Assembly: GCA_000934665.2 (NCBI GenBank)
Contig: JYFJ02007352.1
Coordinates: forward strand, 1 to 32,457
Length of the DNA stretch: 32,457 bases
Source of the DNA: Catajapyx aquilonaris
Lineage: Eukaryota
Reading direction: 5' to 3'
Shown here: positions 9,490 to 22,700 of the stretch, piece after piece
Position numbering within the stretch: position 1 is the first letter of the stretch
How the letters are laid out: every line of letters starts with the position of its first letter
Program-made: the position numbers and the translations under genes
The notes under the pieces: generated by a model
Seen by the model: the letters and a program-made list of their open reading frames with translations, nothing else
Databases searched by the model: none
Told to the model about the DNA's origin: nothing

Positions 9490-12400
9490 CTATGGGCAAG
9501 AGCCTGGACATTAGACATTTTCAATGCCTTTCAGCTGGCACACGCAGGCACAAAGGGGAGCATTCATAAGCATCTTTACATTTTAACACTCTGGGCCTGA
9601 TTGTGTGAACACAAGTAAAGCAGTGTAAAAATGGCAATTTGACTTGAAAGGTGCAATTTGAAAAATTAGGATTCACAAGACCGCCTCCTAACATCCCAAC
9701 ACCTTCCACTCATAGTGTAGTGCTATATCATGCGTTGGTTTTCAGGGAAAGTTTCACATTTTAAATATGAGAATTCAATTACAAGGATTACGTGATTGGT
9801 TATGAAAGAGGTACTTAATTATCTCATACTAAATTTGATGCTTCCACTTGTGAACACTCCCCCAGCTCTGAAAAGAAGTTGTAACGCACCGGTTAAGGTG
9901 GGTCCTTTGCTCGAGGTAAGGTGCATCATGAAAAGAGGAAGGGTAATCGTCATGCCTGCAGCGGCGGGAGAGGAGGAAGCCCGAAATGAATCCAACCACC
10001 AGGGCAGCAATGCAGGCTGTGCTGACTGCGATGGCTAGAGTCTCCTGCGAGTATGCTGATTGGCTGTCCTGTGCTGCTTCCACTTTGGGGCCTACATTTA
10101 AGAGGTAGAAAGGAGCCATGAATGTAAATAATGCAATGTCAAGTGTGCCCCCTACCCAGCACGAAAAACAGCCTACTATATCAACTACTGCCCCCACTAC
10201 GCCGCTGCAGCCGCCTCCTCTCTCACTCTCTTTCTCTCTCTCTCTCTCAACTGGACTACGTTTCTCAACAAATGAAAAACAGCAACATAATACATCGAAA
10301 GCGCTTAGGTTCTAACAGAGAGGGGACAGAGACAAGAGCCAACCCACAGTCCATCCTTTGTCTGGCCATGTTCTTTACAACCGGCGCCGTGCTGCGGCTT
10401 AGGGGGGCCCCCTTGTCTTACGATGTTCACAACCTATGCACCACTCGTGATCTTTTAAATCCCGACCCGCCGGGCGGACTGCGGGTAGGCTCACCTGTAG
10501 GCGGCTGCTCGGGCTGCAGTATGGGCCTACGAGTGGGGTCCCCTCCTCCTCCTCCTCCTCCTCCTCCTGGGGGGTGGGGGGTGGGTGGGGGGGCCTCCAC
10601 TTGTATCACCACTGGGCTGCGCTCTTCAGAGTCCCAGGAGGATCCTGGAGGTGGGGGGCCAACTGGCTCCCAGGGCGAGCCATGGGACTGCCCACCTATT
10701 CCCCTTCCGCTACTGGACGCTACAATATTGAAAGAATTGGCATGAAACAACCTGCTTGGTGGTTGTATGTAATGGAAAGGAAATTTGAGTGTTAGAGACC
10801 AGCATCAGCACCACCACCAAACCTACGGAGAAGAGTAAAAAGCAAATTCCCCGGGGAGCAAATTAGTGTTGGTAGACTTGACTGACCCGCGGTGGTGGCA
10901 GACGCTTCGGTGCAGGCACACTCGCAGGGAGGGCACGTGAGTGGCTCTGGCGCTGTGGTGGTACTGGTGGTGGTGGTGGTGGTGGGCGGAGTCCCAGTGG
11001 TGGGCGGAGTCCCAGTGGTGGTGGTGGTGGTGGTGGTGGTAATAGGCGATGGTGCTGGTGCTGGCTCCACTATATATCAGGTGGACCATGCAAAGTTCAA
11101 AAGCCACCACCCCTTTTCTCTAAAGGATACCACAGCACACGCTCTCCCTTCCCCAAACACACTTCTCACACAACGCAGACAAAAATTGACTAACCATGCC
11201 TTGCAACTGAAAAAGTGTTTTTCTAGCTGGGAGTTGGAAGTGCCATGTATGGAAAATACAAATTTGAGACAGTTGGCATGTAGGCCCAACTTCTATTTAT
11301 CTGCCTTGAGCAAGATACATTTATGGCAGACCAACAACCAGCTTGAAAAACTTGAAACACACTGGTGACATAAACCCTGTCCATGTGACGCCATAGTGCA
11401 TAGTGCATTTCATAAGTAGATTTCCAAGCTACATTACCTCCTGGACATGAGGAGTGCTCCCCAGTGGCAACATTCTGCACAAGGGATGAGGATGCTGATG
11501 AGGAGACATCAAAGGGGACGGCAGTACAAGTTCTTCTGGACAGGTCCCATGCACAGTATGGATCTCGGAGGGCCACACACTCGGAGCAGGAACCGGATCC
11601 CTTCCCTGCACACCTCTGCAGGGCAATGGCCACCAACTCCCCATCAGATACCACCACAAGCTTGGCCAGGTTCCTCTGGCGGACTACTTCCAAGCGATGA
11701 ACAGGAGATGTGCGCTCAAATACCTGGATGTCCTCCACCAGGGCAGGGGTGTCAGCATGGACAAACTTGAGAACTCGCCCATCATCTGGTGAACAAAGCA
11801 AGTAGAGAAGGTAGGTATGTGTATCATGTGCTACAGAGTGAGACACCTGTCAACTGAAGGAGATGCATGTTTGGTTTAACATGTGTCATCAAACATTATT
11901 ACTACACTACGTGACTATCAAGACTGAATGCCTTGTGCAAGGCAAGTGTTAAAACGATGTTTCAAGTGCAAGTAATGCCATCGTTTGCAGTACCAGCCAC
12001 AAAACTAATGGACAATCCCATTAGTTTTTAATCTGTCCCAAGTCTGTGCTTGTTATGTGTGTAATAACTGCATGCACTTGTCAGCTATTCCAATTCATTC
12101 ATTCCAATCGGACTAGGCAGGTTAATGGTAAAAGAAATCTGACAAGGCAGCATGATTACTCCCATGCTTTCTCCTCTGCCACTACAATGTGAAGTAGTGG
12201 AAAGCCAGCATTCTTCACGTGCTCCTCTCATGCTTCCCTTAGCGTTACCATTATGTAGCTGGCAGGCTGCAACAAGTCAACTGCCCCAAAAGAATAATTG
12301 CTCACTTTCTCCAATATAATGTATGTGAATTCCCTGACTACACACTGCAATACTATGAGAGGCCTTTAAAAAGTCAGTAATTATTGTGAATGTGAGAACA

Positions 12401-13730
12401 TTCCAGGAGTTGTCACGAAACCTGCACACAGACATAACAAACACTACACTCCATCTAAATTGCATGCTCCTCTGACTTGACTGTTAAATTATTGCTAAGC
12501 ACAATCTAGGAAAAACTGATATCATGCACTGCTAATATAGGTTAGCATTGCCAAGATTTTGATTACTTGAACAAGTTTTGAATGATTGAAATTATGCAAT
12601 ATTATCTTTAACTCGCAGTGTGGAACTACAACATTATAAAGTTCTACTACTGTCATGAAATTACACTTTATTCATATCTATCCACAGATGTACTTCTTCT
12701 GTCAGCATATGGTTGTCAATGGTTGAACATTCAAGTCAGAGAAACACCTCTAAAATGGATTATAGGCTACTTCAGTCAGTCAGACCATCCAATATTCTTT
12801 TGTTTCATTGTAACTATATTTCACTGTTAAAGTACTTGAAAGTGTGCCAGGTAGAGCAGAGCAATGGCTATTGGGAGCCCATAATTATTATAACCTGCTT
12901 AAGACTGCTTCTACTGAATGACTTCTCTCATGGCACCATGTTATGAACTCCTGACTTGCCATAGGTAGCTTCCCTGTGTTTTCCTCTTGCATTGGTTCAT
13001 GCAATTTTATTTACCGAATTACCTATGCAGTCATGCTCAGTGTGGGAGTTCAATGTAACATGCAAAATTCTGCTTTAAGACCTATTGGCCTGCACATTAC
13101 AAATGAAAATGGTACATACCTGTGCCTACGAAAAGCACATCATAGGTGCGACCATCTGGAGTGGGCACCTGCGGATCTACTGTCAGTCTTGTGAATCGGT
13201 AGTGGAGAGAAGTTCGCACAAGGAGGGGTCCCCCAAGGTACGCAGGCACTGCCTCGTCCATGAGAGAATGCGACTTGACAAAATTAAGCGTCACATCTGG
13301 GAGTGTCCGGGAATCGTTGGCACACTGGCCAGGAGGAGGCTCAGGGACACGGGTTGCTGGGACAGGCAACCAGTTAGAGTTCATTGTCTCCTGCTCTTTA
13401 AAGGGACCTGTCAAAAGAGAGACACTGATGATTTTCTGCACTCGTCATAATTGGTTATCATGGTGAAACAACCGCCCCCCTCAACCCTGCATCAGATAAG
13501 AGGAAATCTGCAATTCAGTGCAAATGACTGCCTCAATCAACACTTCGATAATAATCATTGGCATAAGTAGTCAAGAAACACATGGTTCAGGAGCACCATG
13601 GATGTTTGAATAATCTAGTACCAATGAGAATCCTCTGCAAATGCAATAAATTACCCATGACTTAGGTGAGAGAACCAAGGAACTACAAAAGATTTCTGTG
13701 CTGCACATGCTACAAAAAAGGTATCCCATA

Positions 13731-13772
<42 letters not shown>

Positions 13773-16700
13773 NCCCCCACCCAATCAAAGCATAGCATTC
13801 AATAGTGTGTACCATTTACATTTAAGAAGTTTCTGAGTTCAGGTAAGGATAACAGCAAAACAGATGTAGTGGACAAAATATCAATAATTTTGAATGGGAG
13901 ATATTTACCTTCAAACGTGTCCAGGATGTCCTGAAGGCGGAAGGCGCAAATAGCACTCCCTGCAATAGAGTTTGCTGGAGTGGTGAAGGTGGCGTATAGC
14001 AGCTGGAAGCGCTCGCCTGAATAGTCGCCATCCACCAGAACAGATGCATCCTCTGTAATCAAGCCACAACACTTTCATGTAAAATACCTTACAAGCCATA
14101 GCAAGAAAATATATTCATGTAATTCTTGAATTACAATGAGTGGCAAAACATTTTTTTCTCAATATACCAAGTTTTATGCTAACCATACATCTGCGTTGAG
14201 CCATTTTCCCCATATACAATATGATTTTGTTATTAACAATGAATGTAAAGGGGATTCAAAAGTCACCTTTCCGATGTAAGATGTCAACCCTACACTGAGC
14301 TTTTGCTCTGCACGGCATGCTGACAACTGCCAAGAAAACACTGAGCTATTTCAAGGTAAAATAATAATCCTACTACGAAGTCTACTTTATTCAGCCACCT
14401 TCCAAGAATGCTTCTGAGGATGCGAAGGCAGACATATACAAGTCGTCATGAAAACTTGACTTGAAAACCACTCATACCTGAGGTTTTAAGAAAATGGAGC
14501 AAGATACTCACGGATTTCATCAAAGTAGAAGGGGAAGTCTCCTGACACAGAGCAGTTGAGCCTGGCTTTGAGGAAGCTGGTCCACCTCTGGGGTAGCCTC
14601 TGTGGTCCACCTTTATCCCCACGACACACCCTAGCCACCCTGGAGTACACCCTCTTCCCGCAGTTAATATACTCTACCGCAGTCTCCCGGAAGAAGAAGA
14701 ACACAAAGTCCCCGTGTGCCAGTGAACTCACAAAATTTGGAGCTGGAAGATTATTGAAAAATTGTTCAAGATCCCTTACCCATTGCATGGTAAAATCTAC
14801 TCACCATTGAGATGCTTGAGGTCATACTGCTCAGTACGCAATGGATGCCTGTGAACTAGAGGATCAGTTGCTGAAAAGTCAGCCACTGTTCCAACGTACA
14901 GCTGACCATCCACTAACACTGCGGTTGAATTGTGGGCAGGGTCATATGGACAGAGAGCCTGACCAGAGGTTTCATCCTCTTTGGTGGGTGGGTGGTTTGA
15001 CGGCCCATAGTTGTAGGTGCGACACTGGGGCTTGAAGGCATTTGTGCCACAGATTTTCAGTTGGTTCTCACCAGCCCTTGCCATCACGCGAATGTAGTTC
15101 TGGCATTCTTCTTCAGACCGACCCTTCAGCACACACATTTCACGATTGGAATCGTTTGCTTGCCACTCTATCCTCTGAAAAGTAAATAGAAGCAACATGA
15201 CTTTTCCATTGAAGAGTGAGCCATAGTTACAAGAAAATAGTAACTTTTTCAATGGAAGGAACAAGGTTCAAGGCTGACTAAATCTTTGCAAGGCCCAATT
15301 ATTTCTTACCTCCCTTGTTACTCTGCAATATACAGTATAGACAACCATGATGTGTAATATTATCAGTAGTATCCCATGACCATAGTAAGAAGAAATGAAG
15401 GCAGCTGGTGTATAATACTTCTGCAACATACAGCTGCAATTTTGAAAGCATCAGGCACCCAAAATGCTGTGGTACAAACACGGATTTCTGTTTAGTGCAT
15501 ACCAGTGTCTGCCTGACGTAGCTTACAACTGGTACTCATATGTAAGTGAGTTTGTGTGTGTGCTACTTCTGAACAACGTATCAGGAGATTTTTCACTCTC
15601 TTTCCCTCCTCACGTAAAGTTTGCTCTGTATTTGAAGGGATTTGCATGGTCATTGAGGAAATAAATCCTGCCTAGACCTGAACCACCTGCTAGATTTTGC
15701 AAGCTCACTTGCAAATTACATGTCAACACAGCGCACCAGAGAAATCATTATCGGATCTGCCTTGAGATTGGACAGAAACCAGACTAATCTAAGGGCGGAC
15801 AGCTTTTCCACTCTGAAGCACATGCTCGCCCACCCAACCACCACCCACACCATACTCCATTGCCTGTAATATTGCCAACACTCCTCAATTATACCACTAT
15901 GTTTTGCTGTCACATGTGTTAAGGACACAGCCTACGCCAGTGTGTTTGATAAGCGTCATTCACTACTTTTGTGCAGAGGATGGTCTTCATGCAAAGGGAA
16001 GCTTCGCAGGTTCATTTACAAGTCATCCTACGATTTATTTTCCTTTGTTTTTCCTCTGCATCCTGACAATCAGCATATGAATGAAGAAACTACTGGGAGA
16101 GCCAAGTTCGTTTAAAATGAAGTTTTGATGCAGTGGACTGCACATCAATAATTACAGCTCAGATTAAATACAGTACTTTCATATAATCAATGGGTGACGG
16201 GGTTGGCTCGACCTATTTTCGAACTGTCCCCGCAGCCTATGAAGGGTCCTTGTGATAGTGACCTTGTGCCTATCGAAACATATGATGCAGGCAAAAATAA
16301 TCCAAAGGATTTCCTCTGTATAACAATGTCCTAATTATAAACCATAATAGACAGGTGTTGTGAGGATAGGCGGAAGGGTAGAACATTCGGACAAAAACAT
16401 ACGAGATTCACCCACGATTTCCTATGATTTACATGAGAGACTCACCCTCTAAACGTACACGAGATTCACTCACATGCACCTGATTATCCAACCGTTCGAG
16501 ATAAACCTGCTGCTTAACTCAGCATGCTGTATGCTACGAAATATTTTAATTGGACAAAGTGACAACAACATACTACCAAAGTAGGACTGAAGCTGTAGCA
16601 TGGTGTTTTGGTAACACTTGGTACATGTATGTCAAATATGATCAGACGGTTCAAGGGGTTCGTGCTCTGTTAGGCTACTTGGCCAAGCATATAGAATAAC

Positions 16701-19700
16701 TGTTCACAATTCCAGGAAAACAGCTTTTCCTCAATTACTAGTAACCAACTTCAGACATGATAGCTCCGGTTTTGTTCGCAAACAACATAATCCACGTTTG
16801 CGTACATCCCACGCAATAACAATGTGATTGCATACGAGTGCTACCTTGATATCTTATCTCCCCAATCACCTACTTACACAGCCTATGCTTTGTCATGCAA
16901 TGGCCAATGCTTCAGGAATGAAGTCACCCATCTTTCGTGCAAGGTATTCCATTCGGAATTACCGAGTAGCCCAAATTTTTTGGTGCACGACATATTTTTT
17001 TTACGTCTCAGCAATTATTTTTTCAAGTAAACGTGATTTCCCGACTAACAGAAACAAGCCACCATCAGGCTCGATGTGCAACGGTACATTCCAAAATAAT
17101 AGCGCAATAGTAGCCGTTTCCTTGAGCACGCGGGTACTCACAAAACAGGTAGACAGTAATGTTGTGCTTCCATGCATACAGTAATTGGCCACCCCGTTAC
17201 TCTCAGCAGGAAAACAATTCCTGCATTAAAAAGTGGCTGGGCAACCACCCTGACCAGGGTGCCCAGAATTCAATAATCTCACCTCCTGAATTATTGTCAA
17301 TGACGTCAAGCAAGACTCAATAATTAAGACCCCCACCCCACCCCCATCCCACCCGCCACCCCCTGCAAACACGCGAGCACCTGACCTCATATCGGATTAA
17401 CCCGTGAACGTTGGGTGAGGCCGGTACTTGACGCCGCAACGCCGTTGATATTTCATCAGGTCCCTCGAACCACACGTAGGCGGTACCCAACCCAAGGTGG
17501 CATCGTCCGACATGAAACCCTCTAATCTGCTTTTTCTATCGAAACTATTCTTGGCCGGATTTATTTCTGTGCCGGGAGGCATTTTTATTTCGGGGATGTG
17601 CTTGGCATTGTGTGTGTGTGTGTGTGCACAACATTCAGGTCGCAGGTAACATATTCAGATGGTCCTCGCCGATACATATTTTCGAGGCAGGTTGCTAGAG
17701 TCGACACGTGTTTGTAATATGACACGGTCTCTTCTGTTTCCACAAAAGTGATTCAGACTTCATTCACCCTGCACGAGCCACCTCATCGGATCCCCGGTTA
17801 TATAACTCGGGTATTGCCGCTTGTGTTTTCCCGGAATGGGAGAGAATTCCGGGACAGATGTCGTCGGCACGCTCCATTTCCGACCAAAAGAGCGCCAAAA
17901 ATTAGCTCTTTATACATGCGATACTGATTATTTCGTGTGGGGTTTCCCACCAAACAATTCGGTTCGCCGCCACCGTTGTGTCCTTTCACCATCAAAGTGG
18001 TGGCTGTGGGGAAAAAATCGTGCCGTTTGATGACTGCAGTAATTATTGAGACGTGTAACCATTCAAAAAAAAAATGTTCCGCTCCAAAAATGAAAAATAC
18101 CGCTCTTTTTACTCCAGAATAAAAAAACGTGACCTTGGCGGCATTTACCTAATTCCTGCACGTATCGCATTTCGATAACTAGCTCGTTATTTGTGATAAA
18201 CCACATCCTCTTGCTCATGCTCGGATTTATGCCTCGTTCCATTCATGCAATGGCACTCCATTGTCAGTTTATATCATTTTACAACACAACTGATTTACGT
18301 AATTCTGCGGAATATGGTCCATGAAAATTCTATTGCTGGGTTACGTACCAACTAATGGGCATACTCCTCTCCTTTTTTTTTACCTAACAGAATCTAATTG
18401 CCGGTAATTTCCGCCATGCAACGTGCGACAATGAAATAAACGCGCCCGCACATTACACGCCAAAATCGCCCTCAAAAAAAATGGCCCACATTTTGGAAAA
18501 ACCCGACGCTTATGTCCGCCGTTTCACCTTGATGGCCTTCCCTATATAAAACTTTTCTCTCCGCACTTAATGGACTTATTGCTCTCCTTTTCCCCCCGTG
18601 GAAGGTGGGGGGACGCATACAAGGCGGTTTATAAGACCTCCCCAGATTCCTTCCGGCTACCGTGCATTTAGATGTGCACAAGTGCATGAAAATCCAGCCG
18701 CCACACATTTTCTGGGTTGTTAGAGAGTCGCAGAAAAGGTCCAGTAGTCACGGACCAGGCAGGTCTCCGGTTATGGAATTTTGAAGGGGGCCCCAGGAAA
18801 TGCACTCAGGCGGAAAGAACCTGCTGCTGCTGCTGCTACTACTGCTGGAGCTTGCAAGCCAGCCAAGCTAGCCCCCAGGATTTTCCTTTTCCCTTCAAAT
18901 CAATCTGGGAAATTCGGACACGACGCAGTCAAAGCCCCTTTCTCTTTCCTACTTATCCCCTCCACTTTGTGTCAACTTGGACTCCTTGCTTATGAGGCCA
19001 CTACTCTCTCCTGCAGCAGCCCTAGCAAAGCCCTGCTGCGGATTAATTCATGCATCCCATTGACATCAGGGGAGATGGTGGAGAGGGGGAGAAAAAAACG
19101 GCCTAATGTGAGGAGGGAGACGGGAGGGTGCCGGAATATAATTATTTAAGCTCATGTTTTGTACAGCAGAAGGTATGAAAAGCGGCAAGTGCGGATTGTT
19201 AGTGGAATATTCAAAAGCCCTCGTCAGTGGTCATTAAAATTCACGGTTGGCGGTTCTGTCCACGTCAGAACGCGACATTTCGACAGAGGAGACGACTTCC
19301 CTCCCTTTTTGCACAAGTATTCCGGGGTTGCGCTCAAATATTAATGAATTACACGCTCTAGGCATGCAGTAGGAGGAAACCCCTCAACCTACTAAATTTG
19401 CATGTTCAAATTGCTGGCTGACCTCCTCCGCGAAAAACTGTGCGAACGCCCCTTTTGCTACTGCCATAAAGATATGGGACCCGACTTGTAAACGCACCCG
19501 GTTCCAAAGTGACGTCGTTCAAAAATTCATGCCTTATTACGCAGGCATTGTATAGGGGGGGATGGGAGGGGTAGATAGAGATAGGGACAGTTTTCGCCGT
19601 ATCGACATGCGTGTACCGCAATTGTCACGGAATTGTCTGGCATCACAATATCGAAGTTGCTCCATCTCAAGGGAGCGCCATTGGGTTATTAATCTACGAA

Positions 19701-22700
19701 GGAAGTCCTGGACAAAAGGAAGGCAGGCCGCACTTGAGAGATACTGCTCCAAATCTGCGCGCGTGGTGAATGTTATCAGCCAGTTGGGGGGGTAGAGCAG
19801 GGACATAGAGAGGAAAAGACAAAAAAAATAAAATGAGAGTGACTCCCCGGGGATGACTCTACAGATAACACCCAACTTCCTCTTGTGCTGTGTCGAGTTA
19901 CACAAAGATGGCTGGGGCTCCCCCCCTCCCAGTGCTGCTCTGCAAAGCTCTGCACAGGTCGATACTGCAAATTCAATTCATACTTGCGTGCTTTCCAAAT
20001 GTACTCTGCTGACATCGGTGTCCACTGCGCGCCGCAGTGTTTGCATGGCAAGTCCATCAGTCGGAATTGCGTTCTTCGGGGGAGGTCCACCAACCCTTTT
20101 TTTTCCCCCCCTCCCTTTCTTTTTTAACTCTGTACAACAGTCCGCCGTCCTTTATCTGCCAATTGTCCCGGACAGGTGTCACTTGGCTTTAAGCTCCTCT
20201 GTCCCACAGGGGACTCTTCTTTTTTACCTCCGTTTTCGGAGTCTGTAGCCGGTGGTGGACGGGAGTTTAACCCCGGTGCCGGGAGCAGGTATATTTTCCC
20301 GGCCCGGTGAAGCAGCCTTTGAGGTCGTTCTCGGAGTGGTTTCGTAGCCATTGTTCCCCCACATATTCCCAGTGTCCATGGAAATATTTATGAGCACCTG
20401 AGAGACGTACTCAGCCGGACCAATTGCACTAGGGGGTAGGATCCCACCGGTTTTTTTTAAGGGAGGGGGGGGGGGGGTCTATTTTCGCCTCTCCCTAGAT
20501 GACTACCGAGAGAGAGAGAGGCCAGAGTGGGCTTTGTCCTCATGGAAACATCCCTTCTGGAAGAGTGCTTTTCCTAGCGGTCTGTTTCGCCATTCTTCCA
20601 CGGGTTACCCTGCACGATTAGTTATGCAAAATTTTCCCGCTACCGTGTACGGTTTCAAAGCAACCCGAGTGTAATCATACCATAGAAATGTATCTCATAT
20701 GCGAGCGAGGAGCCTAACCCATTTGCTCCTTCATGCATGCACTTTTTTTCGGCTTCACAATCGTGTCCACGGCTATTCAACCAGCTTCAGCTATTCATAT
20801 GTAACAAAAATTCCGGCCGGGTCGCGTTCCTCAAGTGTTTCTGGATTATGCAACTCTTGTTAGCCAGGCACAACGTGCATTGACTCCCATCGTCCTCGCC
20901 GCTTATTGTTTCATCTGCATGCCCGAGAGTGAAACTTGCGAGGGTTCCAACAGCCCTCCATTCTTTCGTAAATAAATCCGGCACATTGTAGCTTATCTTT
21001 TTTTTTTTCTTCGTAGGAACATGTAATAGCCTGAGAGCCCAGATTATGTCACGCTGGAGCTGTCTCGTATTATGAGCAGTAATATGCAGAACTGGCAACA
21101 TTTATGAAAACAATAACACGAGAGATTCCATTACCAGCCTATATGTCACGGTGAGTCACAGCCTCAGCCCCCAACCTACTCCGGCATGACATGGTTTATT
21201 GATGGTTCCCAAGTGGGCGGATCACCAGGGGGGTGGATGTATGAAAAATCAGGTCTTTAACCGCATATAGATCAGAAGTCGGCCACAACAGGATGCAGAT
21301 TAGGCGCCAACCAGATAAAAGGAAATTTCTCCATCCTCCCCCTTCGGTGACACCCAGTGGGACCGCAGGGAATTGTTTTCTGACAAGTACACGTATGTGT
21401 GTGCATGTACTGCAGCCTTGGCACAAGCGACGGACGTGTGGATCACCGCTTCTCATCAAATATTACCACCTGCAAATTTGCACAGGACCAGCACCCACCA
21501 TAGCGTGGGAGTCAAATTTCGCAAGGGTGCACCTGACGCATTTTTAAATCACGAATCTCGTGCTGTTAGCGCATCATCATTATTATTAACCGGATCTCAC
21601 CTCCCGGCTGCCAATATTGGCCAAGCACACCCCACATTACCTGCAGCATTCTTCTGCTGCACATCAAACTTTGCCTTGCAAATATTTGCGCCAGGGCTGT
21701 TCGCAGGCCATAAATCGCGCCTCCGAGTGGTGAGCACCACTCCCCAAGTGTGCCGCAACCGCACATGTTTCCCAGAGGAAAGGGGAAAAGTATTGGGTCA
21801 CCGTGGACCATATTCATAACGGATAACTTGCTAAGAAAGAAAAAACATACAAACGGTGGCTGCATGGGAGAATATTCTGAGAGGAAACTGGATGGGAAAC
21901 TGGATCGTGGGAAGTGGCTCTTACTTAACCCCATTCATGGTTGGCTTTGGGGAGTAAGTGGTATATTAAAGTGGAGTGGATTCCCCTTCTTCATGCCAAG
22001 AATTGGCGAATGTGGGCGTGGGATGCACGCACAGGTGAGCGCTTTTAGGAGAAGCGCGCCGGAGAAAACGCCTTTTCGGAGAATCCCCCGGAGATTGGGC
22101 AAGGCAAAGGCAGTCAGTCATGGTGGAAAAAAAGGGCTAGGGAAAGAGGGGGGCTTTTCCTAAAAGGTAGTGGTGGGTGGGCAGACCAACCTGATCTCGG
22201 TGCTCGGTCAGGTCTTGCAGGCTGACGTTGTAGACCACGTTTCGACCGCCGACCAGAAGAGAGTCTCCGTCCCTCAGAAGCAGTCGAAAATGGTCCAATT
22301 GGGTCTCGTTGCCCAGGAACCGCTCCACTGGCTCCTCTCCTGTAATCAAAGCCCCGCTAATATTAGATTCCTCTCCATTTATTAATCCCATTTCTTCCAC
22401 TTGAAACTATTCCATTCATTCAATTTGCTCTCCCCCCATCCCGCCTCCTAAAAATTGCAGAAACGTCCCTTTGAACGTGCCGCATCGCACGCATTAAGCT
22501 GGACTATGTTTAAATTGACTAATTCGACGGAAATTATCATTCCAGAGGGGGGAATGAAAAAGCCAGGGGTCTCCCACGCACATATCCTATACCCCTGGAG
22601 AGATCCTATCAAACTGTGATCTTGAAAATTTCAGTGCTGCCCCTGCTTTCACATCAGACCTCATTGTTTCAAAGAGAAAAAAACATTGCGTGCTGCCAGC

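Noticed and set aside
10131..11368. Long + strand ORFs (204 aa, 158 aa poly-Val) and a His-rich - strand ORF
   Set aside because: Antisense or alternative frames of the triplet-repeat Sema1a stalk exons, with no independent gene signals.
15309..15321. Candidate 13-nt micro-exon (ttgcAG/AGTAACAAGGGAG/GTAAGA on - strand)
   Set aside because: Not frame-preserving, weak polypyrimidine tract, and exons 2-3 already join correctly.
16206..16216. 11-bp match (GCTCGACCTAT) to the second palindrome arm
   Set aside because: About one such match is expected by chance in a window this size, and it does not extend.
17238..17267. Imperfect palindrome CTGGGCA(ACCA)CCCTG-AC-CAGGGTGCCCAG
   Set aside because: Short and interrupted. 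It may be a MITE remnant but is not supportable as a feature.
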